Positions 1 through 10,330 of a stretch of DNA of 64,000 nt are shown in pieces. The stretch's first letter is position 1. Every line of letters starts with the position of its first letter. The DNA is from an uncultured delta proteobacterium (lineage in GTDB: Bacteria > Desulfobacterota > Binatia > UBA9968). The translations under genes and the position numbers were made by a program. A model generated the notes under the pieces. The model had not been told where the DNA came from. It made no database searches and was given only the letters and a program-made list of their open reading frames with translations. The DNA lies in assembly GCA_963816145.1 (NCBI GenBank), contig CAWFJP010000017.1, forward strand, positions 128,001-192,000, in the 5' to 3' direction.

Positions 1-24
1 GTTATTGTAATTCCAAATCGTATA

Positions 25-37
25 TAAGTTATTGATA
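25..37. promoter_or_regulatory. Putative IHF binding site upstream of parA
   Basis: TAAGTTATTGATA is the reverse complement of the IHF consensus WATCAANNNNTTR, in AT-rich DNA. Confidence 0.4.
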
Positions 38-51
38 TTTAAGAGAATTTT

Positions 52-846
52 GTGAGCAAGATAATAGCCATAGCAAACCAGAAGGGCGGCGTAGGCAAGA
101 CTACGACGACGATAAATTTGGCAGCTTGCTTGGCGCTCGCATCAAAACGCACGTTATTGGTCGACATCGACCCACAGGGAAATAGCACTACAGGGCTTGG
201 GATCGACCGAGGACAAGTAACCGCTAGCTTGTATCATGTCTTGGATGGAACGCGATTCGTCGGTGAGGTGCTTTGTCAGACCGAGATTCCGGAACTACTG
301 CTCATTCCCGCAACAAAGGATCTGGTCGGGGCCGAGGTTGAGCTTGTCAGCGTTGAACGCCGCGAGTATCGCCTCAAAGATGCGCTCGCCTCGGTGGTCG
401 CCCATTACGATTACGTATTGCTCGATTGCCCACCATCCCTTGGTTTACTCACCCTCAATGCATTGACGGCAGCAGACTCACTGCTGATTCCGATTCAGAG
501 CGAGTATTACGCGCTCGAAGGTTTGAGCGCGATCCTGGAAACCATGAACCTGGTTCAAAAAGCTTTGAATCCGGCGCTGCACTTGGAGGGAATCGTCATC
601 ACCATGTTCGATAGCCGAAACCGGCTATCACATCAGGTTCTGGAAGAAATTCGCTCCCACTTTCCCGACAAACTGTTTAGCACCATCGTCCGTCGCAATG
701 TTAGGCTTAGCGAAAGCCCCAGCTACGGGAAACCGATCTGCATATACGATCCGACCTCGACTGGAGCACTGGACTACCAAGATTTAGCAAAGGAGTTGAT
801 CAATCGTGGAGAACACGATGCCAATGCAGAAAAAGGGCTTGGGTAG
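52..846 (+). CDS. parA: Chromosome partitioning ATPase ParA/Soj
   Basis: Deviant Walker A NQKGGVGKTTT, DIDPQGN, DCPPSLG, EYYALEG; overlaps parB. Confidence 0.97.
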   Translation: MSKIIAIANQKGGVGKTTTTINLAACLALASKRTLLVDIDPQGNSTTGLGIDRGQVTASLYHVLDGTRFVGEVLCQTEIPELLLIPATKDLVGAEVELVSVERREYRLKDALASVVAHYDYVLLDCPPSLGLLTLNALTAADSLLIPIQSEYYALEGLSAILETMNLVQKALNPALHLEGIVITMFDSRNRLSHQVLEEIRSHFPDKLFSTIVRRNVRLSESPSYGKPICIYDPTSTGALDYQDLAKELINRGEHDANAEKGLG

Positions 847-1702
847 AGGACTCAGCGCGCTTATTCCCGCTGTAGCGGAAGCCAAAAGCGAACCGTTACA
901 AGAGAATTCGCCCAAACAAGTTGCCGTTGACCGGATTACCGCCAGTCCGTTTCAGCCAAGACGCAGTTTCGACGACGCCAAGATCGACGAACTGGCGTCG
1001 TCGATTCGCAATCAAGGCATAATCCAACCGCTGATAGTTCGTCCCAAGAATGACGGTTTCGAGCTAATTGCCGGAGAACGGCGTTGGCGTGCCGCTATGC
1101 GCGCTGGCTTCAGCCAAGTGCCCGTCGTGGTCCGCGATGCGAGCGACCACGAGGCGATGCAAATCGCTCTGGTGGAAAATCTCCAGCGCGAAGATCTCAA
1201 CTCAATCGAGGAGGCGAACGGCTATCGCCGCTTACAGGAGGAATTCCATTGGAGTCAGGAAGAGATGGCCGAAAAGGTCGGCAAGAGCCGTCCGGCTATC
1301 GCCAACTCGCTGCGCCTCCTCACCTTGCCAAGCGAAGTCCAGCAAGAAGTAGCCGCGGGTAATTTGCCGGCCGGACAAGCGCGCGCCTTGCTCGGCTTGC
1401 ACACGGAACCTTTGATCATTTCAGCATGTCGAGAAGTCATTGCCAAAGGCTTGTCGACACGTGAAACGGAAAAAATGGTGCGCACGCTTTTGGTCGGACG
1501 TAGACGTCGAAGACAGGCGCCACTGCTCGATCCTGACCTCAAATCGGTTGTCGAAGAATTACAACGTACTTTGGGAACCCGCGTGCGCCTTCTGCCCAAA
1601 GCACGAACCGCCAAAGGCAAGCTTGAGATCGAGTATTATTCCGCAGCGGATCTCGAACGCATCGTCGAAACCATCACTAAAAAATGGATCGTCTCAGCAT
1701 AG
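818..1702 (+). CDS. parB: Chromosome partitioning protein ParB/Spo0J
   Basis: N-terminal GLGRGLSALI, QPR, GIIQPL, arginine patch AGERRWRAA, ALVENLQREDL, HTH. Start set at ATG 818 behind GGAG. Confidence 0.97.
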   Translation: MPMQKKGLGRGLSALIPAVAEAKSEPLQENSPKQVAVDRITASPFQPRRSFDDAKIDELASSIRNQGIIQPLIVRPKNDGFELIAGERRWRAAMRAGFSQVPVVVRDASDHEAMQIALVENLQREDLNSIEEANGYRRLQEEFHWSQEEMAEKVGKSRPAIANSLRLLTLPSEVQQEVAAGNLPAGQARALLGLHTEPLIISACREVIAKGLSTRETEKMVRTLLVGRRRRRQAPLLDPDLKSVVEELQRTLGTRVRLLPKARTAKGKLEIEYYSAADLERIVETITKKWIVSA

Positions 1703-1776
1703 TTCCAAACTCGCCATGCTCCAATTGCGAATGATGAAACTTGACGATTCGCTGAACCACGTCAAATGACCAACCG

Positions 1777-3834
1777 TTAACTTTCGATCAGCGGCCTTAA
1801 TTCATCCCAGCTCGTCGCTGGCGCTGAGCAAGTATAATTTTGGCAAACATACACGGTGGGATTGCCGCCGACTTGTGACTTACCGCGCAACAACGGTGAT
1901 CGGTTCTCCAACGGTTCACTTGGGGAGGCGAGCTGAATGGTCATATTCGGTTGGTAGACGGAATGAATTTTCATCAGCAATTCGTCGACTCTAGGTTCAC
2001 CGCGTTCACCGACAACCACGACTTCTTTCGCTTTCTCCAGATAAAAATCCAGCGCGCAGAGCAAATGCGCAAAACCGAACGGCTGACTCTCCATCGCGTC
2101 ATAGTATGAGCGCAATACTCTCTCCGCGTGCTGATTATATCGATCATCACCGGTCATATGGTACAAACGCAGCAAAAGCTGCGTCGCCATGGCGTTACCC
2201 GAAGGAATCGAGGCATCGAAGATCGGTTTGGCCCGGCTGATCAATTTCTCGTGTGAAACACCGGTGGAGAAAAATCCACCACCTTTTTCGTCCCAAAAAT
2301 CCCGCAGCATAATCCCGCCAAGCGCAATGGCGCGTTCCAGCGCGGAAGCATCGAAAAGCGCTTCGTACATATCGAGCAAACCGATGGCCGTGAACGCATA
2401 ATCGTCAAGAAAACCCAGCAGCTTCGCTTGGCCGTCTTTGTAGCTGTGCAAGAGAAGTCCATCGCGAAAACATTTTGCAAAGATGAAATCGATGGTACGC
2501 TTTGCCGCATCTATAAATAACGGCTGGGGCGAAATCTTGATCGCCTCGGCCAAGCCGGAAAGCATCAGGCCGTTCCATGCAGTGATGATTTTCTCATCGC
2601 GAAACGGCTTGATGCGTTTTTCTCTCTCGCCGAACAGTTTTTGCTTTGCCTTAGCGATGATCCGTTCGATTTCACTCGACTTCTTGCGGAAGTACTTACT
2701 CGCCTGATCGAGTGTCAGGATCGGATGCAAAATATTCTTGTCTTCGAAGTTGCCGGCCTCGCTCACGTCGTAAATCCGGCAGAAGATCGCGCCGTCGTCC
2801 TCACCAAGGATTCCCATCACCTCACCTTCGGTCCAAACAAAGAACTTTCCTTCTTCGCCTTCGCTATCAGCGTCTTGGGTGGAGTAAAACCCGCCTTCTG
2901 GCTGAAGCATCTCGCGCAGTAAATAAGTTAAACTTTCATCGACTACCGATTTGAACAACGGCTCCCCAGTAATCTTGTAGGCGTGAGCGTAGATGCGCAC
3001 AAGCTGCGCGTTGTCGTAGAGCATTTTTTCAAAATGCGGCACCAGCCATTTGGCATCTACGGAGTAGCGATGGAAGCCGCCGCCAAGATGATCATAGATC
3101 CCACCGCAAGCCATCTTAGTCAGCGTATGCGTTACCATTTCCAAATATCGCGCACTCTTAGAGCGATGGTAGTGACGCAAAAACAATTCGTAGACTCCGG
3201 CATTGGGAAACTTTGGTGCCTGGCCCAGACCGCCATTATCCACATCATAAGCCTGGGCAACTTTCGCCGCGCCTTCGGCAATGATCGTCTTCGAAAACAC
3301 CTGACCGGTTTCCGCAGATTCCGACATGCGCTGCAGGGCATTGAGAATCTGCGTCACGCTCTTCTCAACGTCCGCCGGACGCTCGCGATACGCCTGATTC
3401 ACTCCCTTGAGAATGCGCGGGAAACCCGGCATGCCACCGCGGTCCTCCGGTGGAAAATAAGTACCACCGTAAAATGGCTTTCTGTCCGGCGTGAGAAACA
3501 CGGTCATCGGCCAGCCGCCGCGCCCGGTGAGCATTTGCACTGCGCTCATATAGATCTCATCGAGGTCCGGGCGCTCTTCGCGGTCAACTTTGATATTGAC
3601 GAATAACTCGTTCATCAAGCGCGCAATCGCTTCGTTCTCAAATGACTCGCGCTCCATGACATGACACCAGTGGCAGGCCGAATAGCCGATACTCAGAAGG
3701 ATCGGTTTGTCTTCCGCCTTAGCTTTCTCGAATGCGTCCTCGCCCCAGGCATACCAGTCGACCGGATTATGCGCGTGTTGCAGCAAATAGGGACTAGTCT
3801 CGTGAATCAACCGATTGGTATGTTTGTGTTCCAT
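1777..3834 (-). CDS. Thioredoxin-domain protein, YyaL/SSP411 family (six-hairpin C-terminus)
   Basis: [54 protein letters not shown]. Confidence 0.93.
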   Translation of the reverse strand: MEHKHTNRLIHETSPYLLQHAHNPVDWYAWGEDAFEKAKAEDKPILLSIGYSACHWCHVMERESFENEAIARLMNELFVNIKVDREERPDLDEIYMSAVQMLTGRGGWPMTVFLTPDRKPFYGGTYFPPEDRGGMPGFPRILKGVNQAYRERPADVEKSVTQILNALQRMSESAETGQVFSKTIIAEGAAKVAQAYDVDNGGLGQAPKFPNAGVYELFLRHYHRSKSARYLEMVTHTLTKMACGGIYDHLGGGFHRYSVDAKWLVPHFEKMLYDNAQLVRIYAHAYKITGEPLFKSVVDESLTYLLREMLQPEGGFYSTQDADSEGEEGKFFVWTEGEVMGILGEDDGAIFCRIYDVSEAGNFEDKNILHPILTLDQASKYFRKKSSEIERIIAKAKQKLFGEREKRIKPFRDEKIITAWNGLMLSGLAEAIKISPQPLFIDAAKRTIDFIFAKCFRDGLLLHSYKDGQAKLLGFLDDYAFTAIGLLDMYEALFDASALERAIALGGIMLRDFWDEKGGGFFSTGVSHEKLISRAKPIFDASIPSGNAMATQLLLRLYHMTGDDRYNQHAERVLRSYYDAMESQPFGFAHLLCALDFYLEKAKEVVVVGERGEPRVDELLMKIHSVYQPNMTIQLASPSEPLENRSPLLRGKSQVGGNPTVYVCQNYTCSAPATSWDELRPLIES

Positions 3835-3846
3835 CGAATAAAGCGT

Positions 3847-4050
3847 TCAGCGCACTTTCAGATCGAAAGCCACCGGGCCCTTATCGCCTTTGCGCGATTG
3901 AAACTGCACGGTATCACCCTCATTCAAGTCTTCAATCTGCCCGCGCGGCGCCAAACTTCCGCGGTGAAAAAACACATCCTCGCTGCCGTCATCCGGTTTA
4001 ATGAAACCAAAACCCTTTTGTCGCATGATCTTTTTGATCGTACCGGTCAT
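3847..4050 (-). CDS. Cold-shock domain protein
   Basis: 67 aa, RNP1 KGFGFI, RNP2 DVFFH, C-terminal KGP. GAGGAG RBS before ATG 4050. Confidence 0.92.
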   Translation of the reverse strand: MTGTIKKIMRQKGFGFIKPDDGSEDVFFHRGSLAPRGQIEDLNEGDTVQFQSRKGDKGPVAFDLKVR

Positions 4051-4153
4051 CGTCGGAACTCTCCTCTCTTGATTTGCCATCCAGCGCGCAAACTTGACAA
4101 GACCAACCACTCTCCATAGCCTACGTGATAAAATTCATATAACCAAAACAACC

Positions 4154-5239
4154 TTGAGTTCAATTCTCTATTACATAACCGGCCACGGCTTCGGCCATGC
4201 GGTGCGCGCGCAACAAGTGGTGCGCTCTCTGACGGCAATCCGGCCTAGCCTGCGCATTTACATCCGAACCACTGCGCCGGAATGGATTTTTCATAACTCA
4301 TCGAGGGCGGTCCGCTATTCTCATCAAGCGATCGATGCCGGCCTCGTCCAAGCCGATAGCCTGCACATGGACCTGGCCGAAACCCTCGCCGCCTGCCGTG
4401 CAATCTACGCCAGCCCGCAGCAGCTCATCGATCAGGAGCTGGCATACCTTAAGGCCAAAGAGATCGATCTCGTTATCGGCGACACACCGCCGTTGGCTTT
4501 TGAGATCGCCGCCCAAGCCGCTGTTCCCTCAGTGGCCATAGCCAACTTCACTTGGGATGTGATCTATCGCGCCTATTTAGCAACACATCCGGAGTTCGCG
4601 CCTTTACTCGATAGCATGACTCAATGCTACGGCAAAGCTACCGTCGCACTCACCCTGCCATATCCTTGCGACACCGCCATGTTTCCGCGCCAACAGCCGA
4701 TCCCCTGGATCACGCGAACCTCGGCTTTAACCAAGGAACAGGCGCGCAAAGCTTTCGCTTTACCGCCGAAGGCAACCATCGTCCTGATGAGCTTCGGTGG
4801 CTTGGGTCTCGAACGTTTGCCGTGGGAGCAACTCGCGCAGCAGCAGGACTATCTATATGTCACCACCAGTATAGCACGCGAACAAGAGGGTAATCTCCTT
4901 ACCTTGCCTGCAAGCCATACGCACTACGTAGACCTGTTGCGTGCGGTCGACGCCATCGTCACCAAGCCCGGCTATGGCATTGTCGCCGATGTCCTGGCGC
5001 ATCGAGTCCCGATCCTGTACACCGACCGCGGCGACTTTGCCGAATATCCGCGACTGGTGGCGGCCTTAAGCGACAGCGCCACGGCGGAATTTATTCCGCG
5101 GGCCGAACTTCTAGCGGGCAATCTACTGCCGTATCTCCGACGTCTGCTGTCCAAACCTCCGAACTGGCCCATCGTGGATTTGCACGGAGCCCAGGTCGCA
5201 GCCGAAACGATTCTCGCGATCCTAGATACACCGCGATGA
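4154..5239 (+). CDS. GT-B glycosyltransferase-like protein (similar to the L-arabinokinase N-terminal domain)
   Basis: YYITGHGFGHA, SFGGLG, DAIVTKPGYGIV motifs. Start uncertain (TTG 4154). Confidence 0.75.
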   Translation: MSSILYYITGHGFGHAVRAQQVVRSLTAIRPSLRIYIRTTAPEWIFHNSSRAVRYSHQAIDAGLVQADSLHMDLAETLAACRAIYASPQQLIDQELAYLKAKEIDLVIGDTPPLAFEIAAQAAVPSVAIANFTWDVIYRAYLATHPEFAPLLDSMTQCYGKATVALTLPYPCDTAMFPRQQPIPWITRTSALTKEQARKAFALPPKATIVLMSFGGLGLERLPWEQLAQQQDYLYVTTSIAREQEGNLLTLPASHTHYVDLLRAVDAIVTKPGYGIVADVLAHRVPILYTDRGDFAEYPRLVAALSDSATAEFIPRAELLAGNLLPYLRRLLSKPPNWPIVDLHGAQVAAETILAILDTPR

Positions 5240-5298
5240 CTTGCCGGACTTATGAGTTGACAGGCCAGCGTGATTCATCCAGACTCGAAAGTGACCCT

Positions 5299-6237
5299 AT
5301 GCCAATTGAAAAAGTGATTCTCGCCAAACCACGCGGCTTTTGTGCCGGCGTCGAAATGGCGATCGAGACCGTCGAGCGCGCCCTCAAGAAGCACGGTGCG
5401 CCGCTCTATGTGTTTCATGAGATCGTCCATAACCAATATGTCGTGAACGACTTCAAGCAAAAAGGCGTCGTGTTTGTAAACTCGATAGCCGAAGTGCCGC
5501 CACAATCCAATGTCATTTTCAGCGCCCACGGAGTGTCACCGGCAATCTGGCAGCAAGCCAAAGAAAAACACCTGCGATGGGCGATCGACGCCACCTGTCC
5601 GCTAGTCGACAAAGTCCACCGTGAAGTGCGCAAGTATGTCGCCCAAGGTTACTGGATAATCTTGGTTGGCCACCGTAATCACGATGAGATCGCCGGCACC
5701 AGCGGCGAGGCGCCAGAGCGTACATTGATAGTCGAGAACGTCAGCGAAGCCAGTGCAGTCATGCCGCCGACTACCGAGCAACTCGTCGTCCTCACCCAGA
5801 CGACCCTCAGCGTCGATGACACCCGAGAAGTCATCGAAGTACTCAAGCAACGGTTTCCTAAAATGATCACGCCAGCGAAAGAAGACATCTGTTATGCCAC
5901 GCAAAACCGTCAAGATGCGGTCAAGGAATTAACCAAGAAAGTGGACTTAGTCCTGGTCATCGGTTCGAAAAACAGTGAAAACTCCAATCAACTGGTAAAA
6001 GTCGCCCGTATTTTGGGTAAACCAGCATATCTAATCGACGATCACCGCGACATCGACGCGGAATGGCTGAAAGATGTTGCCACCGTTGGCATCACCTCCG
6101 GCGCCTCGGTGCCGGAACAGTTAGTTCAGGAATCCGTAGAGTTCTTTCAGCACCAAGGCGCGGCGGTGGAGCAAATAGGCTTAGTCGACGAGAACATCCA
6201 CTTCGCCCTACCCGGCGAAGTTACCGCCTTACAGTGA
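5299..6237 (+). CDS. ispH: 4-hydroxy-3-methylbut-2-enyl diphosphate reductase
   Basis: PRGFCAGV, EIVHN, SAHGV, DATCPLV, DICYATQNRQ, GITSGASVP: three Fe-S cysteines. Confidence 0.96.
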   Translation: MPIEKVILAKPRGFCAGVEMAIETVERALKKHGAPLYVFHEIVHNQYVVNDFKQKGVVFVNSIAEVPPQSNVIFSAHGVSPAIWQQAKEKHLRWAIDATCPLVDKVHREVRKYVAQGYWIILVGHRNHDEIAGTSGEAPERTLIVENVSEASAVMPPTTEQLVVLTQTTLSVDDTREVIEVLKQRFPKMITPAKEDICYATQNRQDAVKELTKKVDLVLVIGSKNSENSNQLVKVARILGKPAYLIDDHRDIDAEWLKDVATVGITSGASVPEQLVQESVEFFQHQGAAVEQIGLVDENIHFALPGEVTALQ

Positions 6238-6280
6238 CCGAATAGCGACTATCGATTGCTGGCGAAACTCAGGAGGCCCT

Positions 6281-6673
6281 ATGGCGCGCATCGTCCACAT
6301 CGCAGTCAAGGTAGACGATCTTGAAAAGGCGACGGAATTTTACGAAAACACTTTTGGCTTTGTCGAAGTACAAACCGGCCAAGTCCGCGACCATACTTCG
6401 CGCCACTTAAGCGACGGCACCATCGACCTGGCGTTGATCAAATATGATAGCGAAGATTCGGCGGAATCCCGCGCCGCAGGCCTGGGACCCTGTATCCACC
6501 ACTTCGGCATCGAAGTCGACGACCTGAAAGTGTCGGCGGCGGAGCTAGCAAAATACGGCTGTGAAATTATCAGCGCCCCCGGCGTCATCCCGATTAAATT
6601 TCGCGCCCCCGGAGGCACCGTCGCCGAAATATCGCCTAAGGCGCGTTACAAGCAGGCAAAAAGCAACTCATAG
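6281..6673 (+). CDS. VOC/glyoxalase family protein
   Basis: HIAVKVDDLEKATEFY, HHFGIEVDDL, terminal GTVAEI; AGGAGG RBS. Confidence 0.85.
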   Translation: MARIVHIAVKVDDLEKATEFYENTFGFVEVQTGQVRDHTSRHLSDGTIDLALIKYDSEDSAESRAAGLGPCIHHFGIEVDDLKVSAAELAKYGCEIISAPGVIPIKFRAPGGTVAEISPKARYKQAKSNS

Positions 6674-6691
6674 AGAGAAGGAGCATCAACG

Positions 6692-7162
6692 ATGACGCTT
6701 CATTGCAAGGCCGAAGATATTCCCAATCGCCAAGTCGTCCGCAGCGGTGAACAAGGGGTCGGATCGATGATCATCAAGCGCGCCTACGGTACCGAGTGTA
6801 GCCTGATGCACGCGGTGCGCGCGCCCGGCTATCATACCACACCCCATGCCCACGCCGCCGAACAGCTCAATCATGTCCTCCAAGGCGAGATTTGGTTCTT
6901 CGTCGAAAACCAAGGGTTTCTCTGCAAGACCGGCGACTTCCAGCGGGTGCCGTCGAACAAGATTCACTGGGCATGGAACCGCTCCAGTGCCGACGCTATT
7001 GTCGTCGAAGCGCACTCACCGGCGCTAGTCGCTGGGCCACAGAGCGAAGGCTCGATAGCTTTGTTTGGCGACGATGAGACAGCCGAGGCGAAAAATCCCT
7101 GCCAAAATAATTTCGTTTCCTTTGACTGGCAAAGCGTCGAACGAAAGATTTTTGGCAGCTGA
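6692..7162 (+). CDS. Cupin domain protein
   Basis: PHAHAAEQ motif 1 and GDFQRVPSNKIHWAWN motif 2. Confidence 0.85.
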   Translation: MTLHCKAEDIPNRQVVRSGEQGVGSMIIKRAYGTECSLMHAVRAPGYHTTPHAHAAEQLNHVLQGEIWFFVENQGFLCKTGDFQRVPSNKIHWAWNRSSADAIVVEAHSPALVAGPQSEGSIALFGDDETAEAKNPCQNNFVSFDWQSVERKIFGS

Positions 7163-7296
7163 CGAGGTCCCGCTTAGATACCGACCCTCCGGCGCCGTTT
7201 CCGAGCCTCATTTGCACTTTAGCTCTCGCCCATTTCGCTCCTCTTGTGAAAAGCTCACGTCGGGCGTAATAACGGCAATCACATCCGGCGCATTCT

Positions 7297-7758
7297 ATGG
7301 GCAGAGATAAAAGCAATCTCATCGCGGCTGCGTGCCTTGCGGCGTTCGGCATCTACGTTGTCTACGGCGGATCAAAGTTGTCCTACGTATCCGACGTGGG
7401 TCCCGGGCCGGGCTTTTTTCCTTTCTGGATCGGTATCGGCTTTTTGCTATTAGGCACTTATCAGATGGTTCTGAGCTATTCGTCGGCGCGGCGCCACTCC
7501 GGTCATATTGCTCCGCTTTGGTCGGGCTCTGGCAGAGCTCTTGGTGCATGGCTCGGATTAGCGGTTGTGATCGCGCTGTTTCGTTGGATCGGTTTTGTCC
7601 TCGGTTTTGTCTCGCTAACGATTTTTCTGATCGTCGTATTGGATCACCGTCCCGTAAAACTCGCCTGTGCTATCGGCGCCGGCCTTGCCCTGACATTTTA
7701 TCTTCTATTCGAGATTGCGCTCGGTGTTTCCCTTCCGGCGGGGCCTTGGGGATTTTGA
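7297..7758 (+). CDS. tctB: Tripartite tricarboxylate transporter TctB
   Basis: GPGPGFFP motif, 4-5 TM segments, terminal LGVSLPAG; precedes tctA. Confidence 0.88.
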   Translation: MGRDKSNLIAAACLAAFGIYVVYGGSKLSYVSDVGPGPGFFPFWIGIGFLLLGTYQMVLSYSSARRHSGHIAPLWSGSGRALGAWLGLAVVIALFRWIGFVLGFVSLTIFLIVVLDHRPVKLACAIGAGLALTFYLLFEIALGVSLPAGPWGF

Positions 7759-7781
7759 GTTAAGCTGAGGACGTTAATCTC

Positions 7782-9293
7782 ATGGACGCTCTGAACAATA
7801 TTCTGCTTGGATTCTCCGTCGCCCTGGCGCCAATAAATTTATTCTGGTGTTTCATCGGTGTGGTACTCGGCACCGTCGTCGGGGTGCTCCCTGGCCTCGG
7901 GCCGGCGGCCACCATCGCCATGCTGCTACCGCTCACACTCAAATTGGATCACACCACCGCAATCATCGCGCTGGCGGGCATTTTCTACGGAGCTCGCTAC
8001 GGCGGTTCGACGACGTCCATACTTCTCAATATGCCTGGGGAATCGTCGTCGGTTGCGACTTGTCTCGACGGTTACCAAATGGCGCGCAACGGTCGAGCCG
8101 GTGCCGCGTTGGGTATTTCCGCCATAGCTTCTTTTGTTGCCGGGACCGTTGGCGTGTTGGGACTGATGCTGATCTCCCCACCCTTGGCACGCTTCGCGTT
8201 GCGTTTCGCGCCGCCGGAATATTTCGCTCTGATGACCTTAGGTTTGGCGATGGTTGTGTTTCTCGCCGGCGACTCGATGGTTAAAGCGCTACTCGCGTTG
8301 TTCGTCGGTCTTTGGATCGCAACCATTGGCACTGATCTTTTCACTGCGGAGTCACGCTTCACTTTCGGACAGACTAAGCTGCTCGGCGGGGTTGATTTTA
8401 TCGCCGCAACGGTCGGCATTTTCGCGGTCGCCGAAGTGTTGATCAACTTGGAATCGCGCGGTGGCGGTGAGATCTTGAAAATACCCAAGGGCATCAAAAA
8501 TCTCCTACCGACGCTGCAAGATCTCAAAGACTGCCGTTTCGCATTTCTCAACGGCTCGGTGATCGGTTTCTTTGTCGGCGCCCTACCTGGCGCGGGAGCG
8601 ACGGTTGCGTCTTTTCTATCCTACGGGCTTGAAAAGGCGGTGTCGCGCCATCCGGAAAAGTTTGGCACGGGCGTCATTGAAGGCGTAGCGGCACCAGAGG
8701 GCGCGAACAATGCCGACGCCGGCGGCGCGCTGGTGCCTTTGCTGACTCTTGGCATTCCTGGCGGTAATACCACGGCGATTCTTCTCGGCGGCCTCATACT
8801 CTGGGGCTATAAACCCGGACCCCTCTTGATCCAAGAACACCCGGAGCTTTTTTGGGGACTGGTCGCGAGTATGTATGTAGGCAATTTTTTGTTGCTAGTT
8901 TTAAACCTGCCATTAGTCCCCTTGTTCGCGCAGATTTTGCGTTTGCCCAATTACATTCTCTATCCGTTCATTCTTGGCATCTCCGTTGTCGGAGTCTATA
9001 GCGTGAACAATAGCCTTTTCGATGTTTGGATGATGGCGCTATTTGGCCTGCTCGGCTATCTGATGCGCAAGCTCGATTTTCCCGCCGCGGCACTGATCTT
9101 AGGATTAGTTCTCGGCGATGTGCTCGAGCGGGCATTGCGCCAGTCCTTAATGATGTCACAGGGAAGTCTCTCGATTTTGGTCACCCGGCCGATCTCGGCA
9201 ACCTTGCTGTTCATCGCATTGGTGTTATTGTCTCTTCCCGCGATTCGCCGAGTGCGCGCCTGGCGGCTTGAGGCGGTGGAACAAGAGGTTTAG
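7782..9293 (+). CDS. tctA: Tripartite tricarboxylate transporter permease TctA
   Basis: GVLPGLG, YGGS, DGYQMAR, APEGANNA, LLTLGIPG. Confidence 0.95.
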   Translation: MDALNNILLGFSVALAPINLFWCFIGVVLGTVVGVLPGLGPAATIAMLLPLTLKLDHTTAIIALAGIFYGARYGGSTTSILLNMPGESSSVATCLDGYQMARNGRAGAALGISAIASFVAGTVGVLGLMLISPPLARFALRFAPPEYFALMTLGLAMVVFLAGDSMVKALLALFVGLWIATIGTDLFTAESRFTFGQTKLLGGVDFIAATVGIFAVAEVLINLESRGGGEILKIPKGIKNLLPTLQDLKDCRFAFLNGSVIGFFVGALPGAGATVASFLSYGLEKAVSRHPEKFGTGVIEGVAAPEGANNADAGGALVPLLTLGIPGGNTTAILLGGLILWGYKPGPLLIQEHPELFWGLVASMYVGNFLLLVLNLPLVPLFAQILRLPNYILYPFILGISVVGVYSVNNSLFDVWMMALFGLLGYLMRKLDFPAAALILGLVLGDVLERALRQSLMMSQGSLSILVTRPISATLLFIALVLLSLPAIRRVRAWRLEAVEQEV

Positions 9294-9337
9294 AAATTAA
9301 ATATAGGGTTAGACATTTTGCAAAAGGAGCATTGAAA

Positions 9338-10321
9338 ATGAAACGAGCTAGCTATTCATTACTAATCTTCGTGGTTGCAATTGCCGAGCTCTCGTCGAGT
9401 CGAGCCTGGAGCCAGGAATTCAAACCGACTAAGCAGATCGAAACCGTGGTCCATACGGGCCCTGGCGGCGGTTCTGATCTGTTCGCCCGCGCCATCGCCG
9501 AAATGCTGCAAAAAGAAAAACTGATCACGCAGCGCATGCAGGTGGTCAACAAATCCGGCGGCGGCCCGGCCGTCGCCATGGCTTACCTCGCCGAGAAAAA
9601 GGGCGAGAGCCACACCGTCGGCTTTTACACCGGCGTTTGGGTGACCAATCCTTTGACCACGGTCGAAGCGACCGTCACCATGAACGATCTAACACCGATC
9701 ACCCGTCTGGTTCTGGAGCCTGCGGTGATCGCTGTCAAAGCCGACTCGCCCTACAAGACTATGAAAGATTTCGTCGAGGCGGCAAAAAAAAGTCCCAAAC
9801 AATTGGCTCAGTCCGGCGGCTCGATCACCTCGCGCGATAATCTCATGCGCCTGTTGTTGCAAAAGGCCACCGGTGCGCAGTGGAATTTTATTTCCTTCCC
9901 CAGCGGTGGTGAGCGGCTGTCCAATCTGCTCGGCGGACATGTCCAGATGATGGTGATCGAACCCCAGGAAGCCGGCGAGCAAATTCGCGCCGGCAACCTG
10001 CGCGTGGTCGCCACCCTCACTGAAAAACGCTTAGCGTCGATGCCCAATGTGCCGACCATCAAAGAGCAAGGCATCGACGTGCCGTTGATTCCTCAGGCCC
10101 GAGGCTTGGTGGCGCCGCCGGCCGCGCCCAAGGAAGTCGTGCAGTATTGGGAGAGCGTTTTCGACGCCTTCGTGAAAACCCCGACTTGGAAACAGTACGT
10201 CGAACAGAATCAATTCGAAGATGGCTATCTCAAGGGCCCGGCGCTCAACAAATTTATCGACGCTCTGAAAGATCAAATGCGCGAAGTGCTCAAAGAAGCC
10301 GGCGCCAAAGTGGTTCGCTAG
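9338..10321 (+). CDS. tctC: Tripartite tricarboxylate transporter binding protein TctC/Bug
   Basis: Signal peptide, PGGGSDLFAR, VNKSGGG, PNVPTIKEQG. Confidence 0.92.
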   Translation: MKRASYSLLIFVVAIAELSSSRAWSQEFKPTKQIETVVHTGPGGGSDLFARAIAEMLQKEKLITQRMQVVNKSGGGPAVAMAYLAEKKGESHTVGFYTGVWVTNPLTTVEATVTMNDLTPITRLVLEPAVIAVKADSPYKTMKDFVEAAKKSPKQLAQSGGSITSRDNLMRLLLQKATGAQWNFISFPSGGERLSNLLGGHVQMMVIEPQEAGEQIRAGNLRVVATLTEKRLASMPNVPTIKEQGIDVPLIPQARGLVAPPAAPKEVVQYWESVFDAFVKTPTWKQYVEQNQFEDGYLKGPALNKFIDALKDQMREVLKEAGAKVVR

Positions 10322-10330
10322 GACACCGCA

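Noticed and set aside
1453-1468. parS-like sequence inside parB (GTCGACACGTGAAACG)
   Set aside because: Only 10 of 16 positions match TGTTTCACGTGAAACA and it is not palindromic
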